64,000 nt of DNA from Aquificaceae bacterium (GCA_037925075.1 JAXSNR010000002.1:480001-544000); one strand, 5' to 3'. Counted from the first letter of the stretch, positions 20,498 to 33,380 are shown. The notes: generated by a model not told the origin, from the letters alone. Program-made: numbers and translations.

Positions 20498-21373
20498 ATG
20501 TTAAGGTTTATTATTGCTTTTCTTCTTCCCCTTTTTGTCTTTGCCATGGACCCCCTCAGAGTTATGTACATTACCTATAACCTCAAGGAAAAGGACTTCA
20601 AAGCTGGAGTTGAGTCTGTAAAAAAGGGCATGGAAGCTCAAGGTCTAAAGGTGCTTAGAACTCTTACCATATCCGATGCCATAAGGGCGAGGGGAAACCA
20701 AGCTTTCAGAAACTACTATGTGATTTTTGGATGCCAGTTTGACCGCATGGGAGATATTCTTCTTAAGGCACCAGCTCTTAGCAACATAGTACCATGCAGT
20801 GTAGCGGTTTATGAAGAAAAGGGCAGAATAAAGGCTACTGTTATAAACCACAAGGTCTTTTTAGCACGCTACAGGAAGGAATTAAGTCCCTCCGAAAGAA
20901 AAGAGGTGAATGGAATTTATGGCAAACTTCATTCCGCCTTAGCCTCTGTAAGCGTCAATAAACCCGCTGTTCCTCAGGTTCCCCCGATGAAGGAGGAGTT
21001 GGTTCGTGAATCTGCGGTGGAGAACATGGACTTTGATACCTTTAAGACCCTCTATAAGACAACCCTTGACGGTGTAAATATGAACATCTTGGATATAATG
21101 GACATAAGAGGCGATAGCCCAAAGTTTTCCATATTCTTAGCCTGCAACCTAAGCTACGGCGAAGCCATACTCAAGGACATACCCCAGTTTGGAACCCTTG
21201 CCCCCTGTAGGATATACCTTTACGAAAAAGAGGGAAAGGTTATTACCGGCTACATAAACATACCCTTCCTTCTTAAAACCTACGGAAAGCACCTTAGCAA
21301 GGAGAACGCAGAGATATTCCGCAAAGCGGACCAAGACATAAGGCAAGCTATAAAAGAGGCAAAGGGAGAATAA
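20498..21373 (+). CDS. Exported tandem DUF302-domain protein, sox-associated
   Basis: Two repeats of IF.C....PC.(V/I).YEK.G; signal peptide. Confidence 0.75.
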   Translation: MLRFIIAFLLPLFVFAMDPLRVMYITYNLKEKDFKAGVESVKKGMEAQGLKVLRTLTISDAIRARGNQAFRNYYVIFGCQFDRMGDILLKAPALSNIVPCSVAVYEEKGRIKATVINHKVFLARYRKELSPSERKEVNGIYGKLHSALASVSVNKPAVPQVPPMKEELVRESAVENMDFDTFKTLYKTTLDGVNMNILDIMDIRGDSPKFSIFLACNLSYGEAILKDIPQFGTLAPCRIYLYEKEGKVITGYINIPFLLKTYGKHLSKENAEIFRKADQDIRQAIKEAKGE

Positions 21374-21374
21374 A

Positions 21375-22208
21375 CTACACCGAAGAGGGCAAGCACAGTT
21401 CCCACGCCTTATAGGAGCTTCTTACCTCTGGTCCGCTTGCCACCCTTTTAAAACCTAAGCTATAGGCTATCTTTTCTAACTCTTTAAACTCGTCTTCTGT
21501 ATAGTACTTCACCACAGGATGATGGTTTCTTGAAGGCTGGTAATATTGGCCTATAGTAAGAAACTCACAGCATACGGACCTTAGGTCTTTCATCACCTGA
21601 AGGATCTCTTCCCACTCTTCTCCAAAGCCAAGCACTAAGGCGGACTTGGTAGGCACATGTGGAGCAAGCTCCTTTGAACACCTCAAAAGCTCTAAACTTC
21701 TTACATACTTGGAACCAGCCCTCACCCTTTCGTACAATCTTGGCACCGTTTCCACATTATGAGCAAGCACATCCAACCCGGAAGAGAGAACCTTTTTAAG
21801 AGCCTCCCTACTACCTTTAAAGTCTGGCACAAGTGCCTCCACCCTTACACTCTCTATGTTTTCCTTTAAAACTCTTACGCATTTTGCAAAGTGCCCCGCA
21901 CCACCATCTGGCAGATCATCCCTTGTGGGAGATGTAATTACCACGTAATTTAGCTTTAGATGTCTGACCGCTTGCAAGAGTTTGTAAGGTTCATGTGCAT
22001 CTATGGGCAAAGGTTTGCCCCTTTGAAGGTTGCAAAAACTACAGGCTCGCGTACATGTATTCCCCATTATCATGAAGGTGGCAGTGCCAGAGCCAAAGCA
22101 CTCCCCAATGTTGGGACAGCGAGACTCTTCGCAAACGGTATGAAGTTTGAGGCTTCTTAATAACCTTTTTACCTTGTGAGTATCGGATAGCTTAAGAATG
22201 GGCTTCAT
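21375..22208 (-). CDS. lipA: Lipoyl synthase
   Basis: CEESRCPNIGEC, CTRACSFC, VRSSY. Confidence 0.96.
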   Translation of the reverse strand: MKPILKLSDTHKVKRLLRSLKLHTVCEESRCPNIGECFGSGTATFMIMGNTCTRACSFCNLQRGKPLPIDAHEPYKLLQAVRHLKLNYVVITSPTRDDLPDGGAGHFAKCVRVLKENIESVRVEALVPDFKGSREALKKVLSSGLDVLAHNVETVPRLYERVRAGSKYVRSLELLRCSKELAPHVPTKSALVLGFGEEWEEILQVMKDLRSVCCEFLTIGQYYQPSRNHHPVVKYYTEDEFKELEKIAYSLGFKRVASGPEVRSSYKAWELCLPSSV

Positions 22209-22255
22209 AGCTTAAAATCTTAACAAAAATCCATAAGAAGCTTATAATATACCCT

Positions 22256-22633
22256 ATGGTCAGCACACTACCACCAGAGGTTGTGATAAGGCTACAGGAA
22301 AAGTTGGGAAAAGAAGAAGCCCTTGAATTTATAAAAGCCTTGGATGAAACACTAAAAGAGCTTAGCCTCAAAAGAAAACTGGAGCTAAAAGAAGAACTTA
22401 CAAAAGAGTTGGTTACAAAGGCTGATTTAAGGGAGGAAGTCGCAAAGCTAAGAGAGGAGATCGCCAGATTAGACGGTGAAATTGCGGAGTTAAGAGGTCA
22501 GATTGCAGAATTGAACGCGAAGATTTCAAAGCTTGAAACCTACATGAAGGTTTTAATAGCCCTTTTTCTGATAGCCATAGCCCTTTACAGCCCTGTGTTT
22601 TTTGAACTTGTAAAATTACTTCTTAAATCTTAA
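22256..22633 (+). CDS. Coiled-coil membrane-anchored protein (DUF1640/CCDC90-like)
   Basis: LVTKADL motif, heptad repeats, C-terminal TM helix. Confidence 0.7.
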   Translation: MVSTLPPEVVIRLQEKLGKEEALEFIKALDETLKELSLKRKLELKEELTKELVTKADLREEVAKLREEIARLDGEIAELRGQIAELNAKISKLETYMKVLIALFLIAIALYSPVFFELVKLLLKS

Positions 22634-25511
<2,878 letters not shown>

Positions 25512-25516
25512 AAGAG

Positions 25517-25888
25517 ATGGATATTTTCAAGGGGGTGGAGAAGGTAATGCCCTTCCTTAACTACACATGGAAGAGGCACAAGATAATACTTAGCAACATT
25601 GCCAACGCAGATACTCCCAACTACAGAACAAAGGATGTAGCCTTCAGCTTGGAAGAGGGTGGCAGGTTAAAAATTACAAGACCCAGTCATATGAAGCCCT
25701 CAAACTCCGAAAACTTCAAGGTATTTGAGGTAGGGAAAAGGCTTGTGGGAAATGACCTAAACGATGTAAGCGTGGAGGAGGAAATGACCAAGCTAAACCA
25801 AAACAGGATAGCTTACGAGGTTTACATGAAGTTTGCTACGGGAAGCCTTGAAAAGTTAAACACTGTAATAAGGGAGGGTAGACAATGA
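25517..25888 (+). CDS. flgB: Flagellar basal body rod protein FlgB
   Basis: SNIANADTPNYRTKDV; EEEM. Confidence 0.93.
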   Translation: MDIFKGVEKVMPFLNYTWKRHKIILSNIANADTPNYRTKDVAFSLEEGGRLKITRPSHMKPSNSENFKVFEVGKRLVGNDLNDVSVEEEMTKLNQNRIAYEVYMKFATGSLEKLNTVIREGRQ

Positions 25889-26298
25889 TGGACCTTTTTA
25901 GGACCTTTGATGTGTCCGCAAGCGGGATGCAAGCACAGAGGATAAGGTTTAACACCATAGCCAGCAACCTAGCAAACTTTGAATCCTACAGGGTTAACGG
26001 CGAGCCCTTCAGAAAGCTAGAACCAGTTTTTGAAGCGCTACAGACAGAAGAAAGCTTACAAAAGGGTTATATTCCTGTGAGAGTCAGAGAAATAAGAGAG
26101 TCTAACGAGCCCTTTAGGCTTGTCTTTGATCCAACAAATCCAAGAGCGGACGCAGAAGGTTTTGTCAGATACCCCAATGTGGAGCTTGTTAAAGAGATGG
26201 CGGATATGATATCTGCGATGAGAAGCTATGAGGCGAATCTCAACGCCTTTAGGACAACAAGAGAAATGGCGCAGAGGACCCTTGAGCTATGGAGATAA
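25885..26298 (+). CDS. flgC: Flagellar basal body rod protein FlgC
   Basis: SASGM.AQR.R..IASNLAN, YPNV..EMADMISA.RSYEAN. Confidence 0.95.
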   Translation: MMDLFRTFDVSASGMQAQRIRFNTIASNLANFESYRVNGEPFRKLEPVFEALQTEESLQKGYIPVRVREIRESNEPFRLVFDPTNPRADAEGFVRYPNVELVKEMADMISAMRSYEANLNAFRTTREMAQRTLELWR

Positions 26299-26570
26299 GG
26301 GCTATAGATGGACTTTTGAAGCAAAGGTCGAGCATCCAAAATAGGGAGAAGGGAGATTTTCTACAGGAGCTTGATAAGTTTGTCCAATGGGTCAACAAAG
26401 AACAACAAAAGGCTGAAAGCATAAAGGAAGCGGTTCTAAAGGGCGCTGAAATCCCACTTCATCAGATGGTGGTTGAGTTTGAAAAGGCAAAAACAGCCTT
26501 GAACCTCCTTATCCAGGTAAGGAACAAGCTTTTGGAAGCCTTTCAGGAGCTAAACAGAATGCAGGTGTAA
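26289..26570 (+). CDS. fliE: Flagellar hook-basal body protein FliE
   Basis: QVRNKLLEAFQELNRMQV. Confidence 0.95.
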   Translation: MEIRAIDGLLKQRSSIQNREKGDFLQELDKFVQWVNKEQQKAESIKEAVLKGAEIPLHQMVVEFEKAKTALNLLIQVRNKLLEAFQELNRMQV

Positions 26571-26573
26571 GGG

Positions 26574-28079
26574 ATGGCGGACATAAGGGAGACACTTAAC
26601 AATTTAAAGGACAAGTTTTTAGCACTTTCTACGACTCAAAAGGCAATTCTCATAGCCTTACCTATTCTTGTCTTGGGAATTCTTATAACTTTGGCAACCT
26701 TTGCCACAAAGCCCAACTATACCGTCTTATACTCCGGTCTTTCTCAAGAGGACATGTCTGCGGTTATGGTAGAGCTTGATAAAGAAGGCATAAACTACAA
26801 GGTGGGGCAGGATGGAAAAAGCATACTGGCTCCAGAGCCTCAGGCAAGGGATATAAGACTTAAACTTGCCGCAAAAGGTATACCTAGCAAGGGTATAGTG
26901 GGTTATGAGGTGTTTGATAAAACAGGTATAGGTGTTTCTGACTTTCAAAATCAGGTGAATTTCAAAAGGGCTGTTGAAGGGGAGCTATCAAGGACCATTC
27001 TAAGGATGTCCGGGGTAGAAGATGTGAGAGTAAACATAGGCATGCCACAAAAATCCATCTTTCTTAGGGAAGAAGAAGAGCCAACCGCAAGCGTCTTCGT
27101 AAAGCTAAAGCCAGGTCATGAGCTTACTCCGGAGCAGGTAAAAGCCATAAGAAATTTAGTCTCTGCAAGCGTTCCCAGGCTAAAACCTAAAAGTGTTGTC
27201 GTAGTAGATGATAAGGGTAGGGATCTAAGTAGTATGTTAGAGGAGATGGAAGATTCAATAAGGGATAAGGAGTTAAAGCTCAAGGCTGAGTTTGAAAAAA
27301 GACTCGAAAAGGAAGTACAAAGAGCCCTCGAGGAAGCTTTAGGCTTTGGTGCAGTAAAGGTCAAAGTATCTGCGGACCTTGACTTTACAAAAAGGGAACA
27401 GAAGGAAGAGATATACGACCCAGATATGACCGCGGTGGTAAGCCAGCAGAAGAAAAAGGAAAGAACAACCACAGGTGGTGTTGCAGGAGTTCCCGGCGCT
27501 CAAGCAAACATACCACCGGGTGCAGGTGCGGTAGCGGGTGGAGGTCAGGTGCTTACTGAAAGGAACGAAACCATTACCAACTATGAGGTAAGCAAAAAGG
27601 AGGTTTACAGCGTTGACCCACTTATAAAGGTCAAAAGACTCAGTGTAGGAGTTTTGGTAGATGCGAACATAAAAAACCTTGATTTGGAAAAGGTTAAGAG
27701 AATTGTATCCGCATCTGCAGGCATAGACCCACAGAGAGGTGATTTGATAACCGTAGAGGCCATACCCTTCCAGAAGCCAGTCTTTGAAAAACCCCCACCG
27801 GATTACGAAAAGTACATAAAGCTGGGGCTTCTTGTTTTTCTGGTGATTGTTGCTAGCATAATATCCCTATTCACTTTAAAAAGACTTCTCAAAAAGAAAG
27901 AAGTTACTCCTGTTCCAGTCGTGCCAGGAGTGCCTACCCTTGAAGTCATAGAAGGTGCAGAGGAAATAAGAATGAAGGCGGAAAAAGTGGAAGCGGTAGA
28001 AGCAATTGCTAAAACAGCAAAAGAAGAGCCTGAAAAGGTGGCAAAGATACTCAAGGGATGGTTAAGGAGTAAGACTTAA
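26574..28079 (+). CDS. fliF: Flagellar MS-ring protein FliF
   Basis: GYEVFDK, RAVEGEL.RTI, PTASV, GVPGAQAN, TNYEVS; two TM helices. Confidence 0.95.
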   Translation: MADIRETLNNLKDKFLALSTTQKAILIALPILVLGILITLATFATKPNYTVLYSGLSQEDMSAVMVELDKEGINYKVGQDGKSILAPEPQARDIRLKLAAKGIPSKGIVGYEVFDKTGIGVSDFQNQVNFKRAVEGELSRTILRMSGVEDVRVNIGMPQKSIFLREEEEPTASVFVKLKPGHELTPEQVKAIRNLVSASVPRLKPKSVVVVDDKGRDLSSMLEEMEDSIRDKELKLKAEFEKRLEKEVQRALEEALGFGAVKVKVSADLDFTKREQKEEIYDPDMTAVVSQQKKKERTTTGGVAGVPGAQANIPPGAGAVAGGGQVLTERNETITNYEVSKKEVYSVDPLIKVKRLSVGVLVDANIKNLDLEKVKRIVSASAGIDPQRGDLITVEAIPFQKPVFEKPPPDYEKYIKLGLLVFLVIVASIISLFTLKRLLKKKEVTPVPVVPGVPTLEVIEGAEEIRMKAEKVEAVEAIAKTAKEEPEKVAKILKGWLRSKT

Positions 28080-28081
28080 AG

Positions 28082-29062
28082 ATGGCGGACGAAATCCTAA
28101 GTCAGGAAGAGGTAAACCTCCTGCTTCAGACCCTTGGTAAGGAGGAAGAGAAAGCGGCTGTCGTTGAAGAGGGGAAGATAAAACCTCTTGATCTTTCACT
28201 TTTTGAGCGTATATCGGCGGGTAAGATACCCGGGCTTGAACTCATATTTGAGCGATGGATAAACGGTTTGAGAAGAGGCCTTACATCCTTAGTTGTTACG
28301 ATTCCGAGCGTATTCAAGGATAGTGTTACCGTAACAAGGTTTGGAGATTTTACCGCAAAACTTCCCTTACCCTGTGCCATAGGCATCTTTAACATTGAAC
28401 CCTTAAGAGGACAAGCTCTTATGGTGGTTGACCCCAAGCTTATATACATAATTGTTAGTAGCGTGTTTGGTGGAAGTGCAAAGCCTTATAAGATAGAAGG
28501 TAAAGAGTTTACGAGAATAGAAACTAAGCTGATTCAGAGGTTGCTCAATATATGCTACCAAGAGTTGGAGTTGGCTTGGAGCAGTATCATGAATGTAAAG
28601 ATTATGCCTGTGGGTATTGAAACAAACCCTGCACTATTAACAGTAGCTCGTGCAAAGGAAAAGTTCATCCTCCTAAGGTTAGTAATAGTTATAGAGGGTA
28701 GCGAAGGGTACATATATCTGGCAATACCAGAAGCATCTATAGCTCCATACAGGGATATACTGAAAGGCTCAAGCGACGTTAGGTTAAAATATTTGCAAGA
28801 GGGATCCATAAAAAGCTTTCAGAACGTACCTTTTTATCTGGAGGTTATATTGGGTAAGAGCCATATAACCTTGGGAGAGCTTCTTGAGCTTAAAAGTGGA
28901 GACATAATAAAGCTTGATAGGTTAGTTAAAGAGCCATTGGAAGTAAGAATCGAAGGGATACCTAAGTTTACGGCTTTTTTAGGACAGTTGGGTAGCACAA
29001 AGGCTATTAAGGTTCATAGCTACTTTCATAAGGAGGATTTACATGGAAGAGGAAAAACATGA
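28082..29062 (+). CDS. fliM: Flagellar motor switch protein FliM
   Basis: ILSQEE N-terminus, FGG...IEGKEFT.IE, ETNP, C-terminal SpoA domain. Confidence 0.92.
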   Translation: MADEILSQEEVNLLLQTLGKEEEKAAVVEEGKIKPLDLSLFERISAGKIPGLELIFERWINGLRRGLTSLVVTIPSVFKDSVTVTRFGDFTAKLPLPCAIGIFNIEPLRGQALMVVDPKLIYIIVSSVFGGSAKPYKIEGKEFTRIETKLIQRLLNICYQELELAWSSIMNVKIMPVGIETNPALLTVARAKEKFILLRLVIVIEGSEGYIYLAIPEASIAPYRDILKGSSDVRLKYLQEGSIKSFQNVPFYLEVILGKSHITLGELLELKSGDIIKLDRLVKEPLEVRIEGIPKFTAFLGQLGSTKAIKVHSYFHKEDLHGRGKT

Positions 29063-29383
29063 AGAGATAATGGACATGTGGGCATCCGCCCTCAAGGAAC
29101 AGGAAGAAGCCTCTAAAGCAAGTCAGCCACAACCTGAGGCTAAAAAGGAGGAACCGCCAGCGGAAATCTCCGATAAGCTTAAAAGGTTTCTGGATATACC
29201 CCTTCAAGTAGAAGTGGTTGTGGGTTCTACAAAAATGACACTGGGTGAACTCTTATACTTGTGGAGATAAGGGTAAACGGAAAACTTGTAGCCACTGGAG
29301 AGATAGTTATAGTGGAGGATAGGTTTGGTGTGAGAATAATTGACATAGTAGAAAGGGAAGAAAGGATTAAAAAGGTTATATAA
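29043..29383 (+). pseudogene. fliN: FliN disrupted by an internal frameshifting deletion at about 29260
   Basis: LDIPLQVEVVVG..TLGELL in one frame; VEIRVNGKLVATGEIVIVEDRFGVRII* in another; the GSVIELD linker is absent. Confidence 0.85.
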
Positions 29384-29402
29384 TACAAGCTTGGAGGATG
29401 GC

Positions 29403-29561
29403 ATGGCAATGGAAGATGTAAGACACCTAGTGAGGGAGCTTCTTGAAGAGGTGAAAAGCCTGGAAAGCAAGCTTGAGGAAGTAATAAAACCATTGGAAGA
29501 GTCATCTAACACTTTACCTTCCGCCAGCGGTAGCCTTGAGGATGTAATGAAGCAGGCTTGA
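29403..29561 (+). pseudogene. cheZ: N-terminal remnant of a CheZ-like phosphatase (52 aa)
   Basis: SD GGAGG, then MAMEDVRH...LPSASGSLEDVMKQA*, resembling CheZ LPxAxxxLxxVxxxTE; ends before the catalytic region. Confidence 0.55.
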
Positions 29562-29569
29562 AAGCATAA

Positions 29570-29907
29570 AGGATAGGTCTACTAACCTCTCCAATCAATA
29601 GAAGCATCCACCTTAGGGTTCACAAGGAACCGGATACTATAGTGAAACCCTCTGCTGATGTGCTTTTTACAATATGGCAAAAGAAGCCCGAAGCCCGTTG
29701 GCTTTGATATTGACCGGTATGGGCAACGATGGAACGGAGGGAGCTAAGGAGCTTGTAAGTAGAGGTTATACTGTTATAGTTCAGGAGCCATCCACGTGCG
29801 TTGTTTGCGGTATGCCCTGTTCCGCCATAGAAGCCGGGGCATATACTTATATTATGTCGGTGGAGGAAATGGGTAGGAAAGTCAGAGAAATATGTAAAGC
29901 TTTATAG
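29570..29907 (+). pseudogene. cheB: C-terminal remnant of CheB methylesterase with a frameshift at about 29672
   Basis: KPSADVLF in one frame, then LILTGMGNDG.EG, VQEPSTCVV.GMP..AI in another; N-terminus absent. Confidence 0.85.
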
Positions 29908-29920
29908 GAGGTGAAAGCGG

Positions 29921-30415
29921 ATGAGGTTTTTAGTTTTTATTCTTTTGATGCCTTTCCTTGTCTTTTCTGCGGAAGCCATACCCTTCTTAAAGCCCTCCCT
30001 TTTAAACCTCAAGGAAGACCTCGAAGATGCAAAAAAGGAAAACAAGCTTCTATTTATCATGTTCCATCAGGAAGCCTGTCCCTTTTGCGACAAGATGAGA
30101 AAAGTAACCTTTCAGGACAAAAGGGTCCAAGAGTACTTTACAAAACACTTCCACATGATAGAGATAGACATAAGAGGTTCCAACGAGGTGATTGACCTTG
30201 ATGGTAAAGGTCTCACAGAAAGGCAGTTTTCCCTAAAACATGGTATAAGGCTAACCCCTGTTTTTCTTTTCTTGGACCGCGATGGCAAGGTGGTTGCAAA
30301 GGTCCCTGGATATGTGGAACCTCAGGAGTTTATACTTATAGGGAGATACTTGGTAGAAGGGCATTACAAAAGTAAAAACTTGGTTCAATTTCTTAGAGAA
30401 AACAGAGGAAGATGA
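29921..30415 (+). CDS. SoxW-like thioredoxin-family protein
   Basis: Signal peptide, LKEDL..A, CPFC, RLTP, PGY. Confidence 0.8.
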   Translation: MRFLVFILLMPFLVFSAEAIPFLKPSLLNLKEDLEDAKKENKLLFIMFHQEACPFCDKMRKVTFQDKRVQEYFTKHFHMIEIDIRGSNEVIDLDGKGLTERQFSLKHGIRLTPVFLFLDRDGKVVAKVPGYVEPQEFILIGRYLVEGHYKSKNLVQFLRENRGR

Positions 30416-31614
30416 TATTTCTCTTCCTCTTATTCCTTTTTAGCCTTTCCCTTTCTCAAGAAGTAATAGACCTTGATCACAAAAAGGTATACCAACTTGC
30501 ACTCAAGAACAACAAGGACCTCCAGAGGTTAAAGCATCAGATAAGCGCCCTTGATGTGGATTATCAGCTTGCTCAAAAATACTACCTACCTATAATCTAC
30601 GCAGGAGCTTCATTGCTTTATGATTTTGATAAAAAGGACACAAGGACCACAGGCAACCTTGTGGTCATAAGCACCCTGTACGAGTTTCAGCAAACAAGGT
30701 CAAGGATTGAAGTTTCAAGGCTAAGAAGAGACATGGCACAGATTATGTTGCAACAACTCCATAGGGATATACAGCTTAGGATAATTAAGCTTTTTGCACA
30801 AGCCCACCTATACAAAAAACTTACTGAGGTAAAGAGGGAAGAAATGGCCATAGCCTATGTGCGTTTTGACAGGGCAAGGGAAAGGAAAGAACTCGGACTT
30901 GCCACAGAGCATGAGGTCCTTAGATTAGAAAGCTTCTACAGAGAAAAGAGAAGTGAGCTCCTATACGCCCAGCATATGTACAATCACACACTTCTTGAGA
31001 TAAAGCAACTTGCTGGCATACCCTACGAAGCCATAGTACAACTTCAGGACCTGCCTTATGCGGAGCCTGAAAAACTCCTTGCGGATTTTAACAGTCTTAG
31101 ACAAGAGGCACTAACTAAAAATGCCAGTATTGCCTTAAAGGAGCTTGAGCTAAGGAGTTATGAGGAGGACATAAAGGTAGCAAAACAGGTTCTCTCTCCT
31201 AAGTTGAACCTTAGAATATCCACAGATAGGAGTGGTCTTGAGATATCTACACCCATCTTTGATGCCGGCAGGCAGTACAAGGTTGATTACCTCTCTAACA
31301 TGAAGAGGAGCGTTTATACGGAAAAGGAGAGTTTGGAAGAGAATATAAAGCTAATATTCTTTTCAGCCCCCTACGAATGGGAATACCTTAAGGCACAATG
31401 GAGCCAAGTCCTTGCAAGGAACAAGTTTGCGGAGGAGAATCTAACCCTTAGAAGGTCTGAGTATGAGCTTGAGCTTGCCTTTGACCTTGGCTACGCCATG
31501 GCAGAAAAGAGCGAGGCGGAAAGGCAACTCATGGAAGCCCGCTACAAGCTTATACTCTTTTGGGCAAAGCTATTTAACCTTGCGGGCATAGAACCTTTTA
31601 GGGCGCTGGAGTAA
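30412..31614 (+). CDS. TolC-family outer membrane efflux protein
   Basis: Signal peptide, ALKNN.DL, two helical repeats, YELxL C-terminal pattern. Confidence 0.8.
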   Translation: MIFLFLLFLFSLSLSQEVIDLDHKKVYQLALKNNKDLQRLKHQISALDVDYQLAQKYYLPIIYAGASLLYDFDKKDTRTTGNLVVISTLYEFQQTRSRIEVSRLRRDMAQIMLQQLHRDIQLRIIKLFAQAHLYKKLTEVKREEMAIAYVRFDRARERKELGLATEHEVLRLESFYREKRSELLYAQHMYNHTLLEIKQLAGIPYEAIVQLQDLPYAEPEKLLADFNSLRQEALTKNASIALKELELRSYEEDIKVAKQVLSPKLNLRISTDRSGLEISTPIFDAGRQYKVDYLSNMKRSVYTEKESLEENIKLIFFSAPYEWEYLKAQWSQVLARNKFAEENLTLRRSEYELELAFDLGYAMAEKSEAERQLMEARYKLILFWAKLFNLAGIEPFRALE

Positions 31615-31928
31615 ATAAACTCTATGCAACTGTTAGGTTTGAGGCTCAGGTTCCCAAAGATGGCGGGAAAGGGCCTTTACACAGGAGGTTGCGCAAGTAG
31701 GGGCAAACGCGGACAAGCACGTGAGCCTTGAGTTTATTAATCTATATAATGTGAGGCGTGTTTTAGGAAGTATCTAAGAGACTTAGTGATGTTGGGGATA
31801 TATGTAGAGGCTGGTTAATGGTTGACAGGCAGGGCTATACTATCATTAAAGTCGGAAGTTCAATCCTTGGAGCTGTTTAACAAAGTAGAGCTTTCCACCT
31901 ATAATCCACACGCTTTTGATGTATATTT

Positions 31929-32771
31929 ATGTTTATGGGTGAAATGTCTATTCTTATAGCCTTTAGTGCGGGTGTGCTTTCCTTCCTTTCTCCCTGCGTC
32001 CTGCCTATAATTCCCGGTTATATATCCTACATATCGGGCATTGGAACTCAGGAGGTAAAGGAAAAGGGTGGGTTTAGTCAGAGGGCTTTTTTGGCTTCCC
32101 TTCTTTTTGTACTGGGTTTTTCTCTGGTCTTTACCCTCATGGGTGCAACAGCCACGGGCATAGGCGGGCTTTTAAGAGAATATCAGGACCTCATAGCAAA
32201 GGTGGGTGGGGGTCTTGTGGTCTTTTTCGGTCTTCATTTTGCGGGTGTGATGTTAAGAGAAAATTTTTTAAAGGAGCTTGTGGGAGTGGCTTCTTTTTTG
32301 CTTGCTTTGTTCTTTTTGGGCGTTATTCCTCAAAAGATCCTCTTTGACCTTCTTGGCATAATCCTGATAGTAGCCTTCCTTTACCTTTTTGGTCTTCATG
32401 AGGTGCTTTACAGGCAGATGAGAAGGGAAATGAAGGGTAGTGTTTCCGGTTTTGGTGCCTTGCTTGTGGGTATGCTTTTTGCCTTTGGCTGGAGCCCTTG
32501 CATAGGTCCGGTACTTGGCTCAATACTTCTCTATGCCAGTCAACAGGAAACAGCCCTACAGGGTGCAAGCCTTCTTTTTGCCTACTCCATGGGTATGGGT
32601 ATTCCCTTCCTTATCGCAGGTGGTTTGCTTTCCACCTTTCTCGGTTTTCTGAAGAGTTTTAGGAAGTTTTTCGGTGTTGTGGAGATGGTGGGTGGGGTGC
32701 TACTTGTCCTTTTGGGGGTCTTGCTCACCACAGGCAAGTTGGCTGAAATATCCCTTTTGCTTGGTGCGTAA
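31929..32771 (+). CDS. ccdA: Cytochrome c biogenesis / disulfide transfer protein CcdA
   Basis: AGVLSFLSPCVLP and GWSPCIGPVL. Confidence 0.93.
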   Translation: MFMGEMSILIAFSAGVLSFLSPCVLPIIPGYISYISGIGTQEVKEKGGFSQRAFLASLLFVLGFSLVFTLMGATATGIGGLLREYQDLIAKVGGGLVVFFGLHFAGVMLRENFLKELVGVASFLLALFFLGVIPQKILFDLLGIILIVAFLYLFGLHEVLYRQMRREMKGSVSGFGALLVGMLFAFGWSPCIGPVLGSILLYASQQETALQGASLLFAYSMGMGIPFLIAGGLLSTFLGFLKSFRKFFGVVEMVGGVLLVLLGVLLTTGKLAEISLLLGA

Positions 32772-33380
32772 ATGCTTCTTGTTGTAGATTACGGGATGGG
32801 GAATTTGAGAAGCGTTTCAAAGGCTCTTGAAAAGGTTGGTTTTAAGGTCAAAGTTAGCTCAGACCCTGAGGATGTAAAAAGGGCTGAGGTGCTTGTCCTT
32901 CCGGGCGTGGGTGCCTTCAAGAATGCTATGGAAAACCTCAAAAGGATGGGGCTTCTAAGGGAAATACTAAGGCATATTGAGGCGGGTAAGCCGTACATGG
33001 GTATATGTCTTGGTCTTCAGCTTCTCTTTGAAAGGAGCTACGAATTTGGAGAAACGCAGGGCTTTGGCGTGCTTGAGGGTGAGGTGGTTTTGCTTCCCCC
33101 AAGGGTTAAGGTACCACATATAGGTTGGAATCAGGTCTGGAAGAAGAAAAACTCCGACCTTCTTGAGGGTATAAAAGAGGGCGAGTACTTTTATTTTGTT
33201 CATTCTTACCATGTGGTGCCCAAAAAAGACCATGTGGTGCTTACTACCACCGACTACGGAATTGACTTTGTATCATCGGTAGAATACGAAAACATCTTTG
33301 CAGTTCAGTTTCATCCTGAAAAAAGCCAAAGGGCAGGACTTAAGCTTCTTGAAAACTTCAGAAGGAGGCTCTATGGCTAA
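32772..33380 (+). CDS. hisH: Imidazole glycerol phosphate synthase glutaminase subunit
   Basis: DYGMGNLRSV, GICLG.Q, YFVHSY, QFHPEKS. Confidence 0.97.
   Translation: MLLVVDYGMGNLRSVSKALEKVGFKVKVSSDPEDVKRAEVLVLPGVGAFKNAMENLKRMGLLREILRHIEAGKPYMGICLGLQLLFERSYEFGETQGFGVLEGEVVLLPPRVKVPHIGWNQVWKKKNSDLLEGIKEGEYFYFVHSYHVVPKKDHVVLTTTDYGIDFVSSVEYENIFAVQFHPEKSQRAGLKLLENFRRRLYG

Noticed and set aside
21375..22208. lipA as part of a sulfur-oxidation (sHdr-LbpA) lipoylation pathway
   Set aside because: It has canonical LipA motifs, is convergent to the sox operon, and no sHdr/lbpA/lipS genes are in the window
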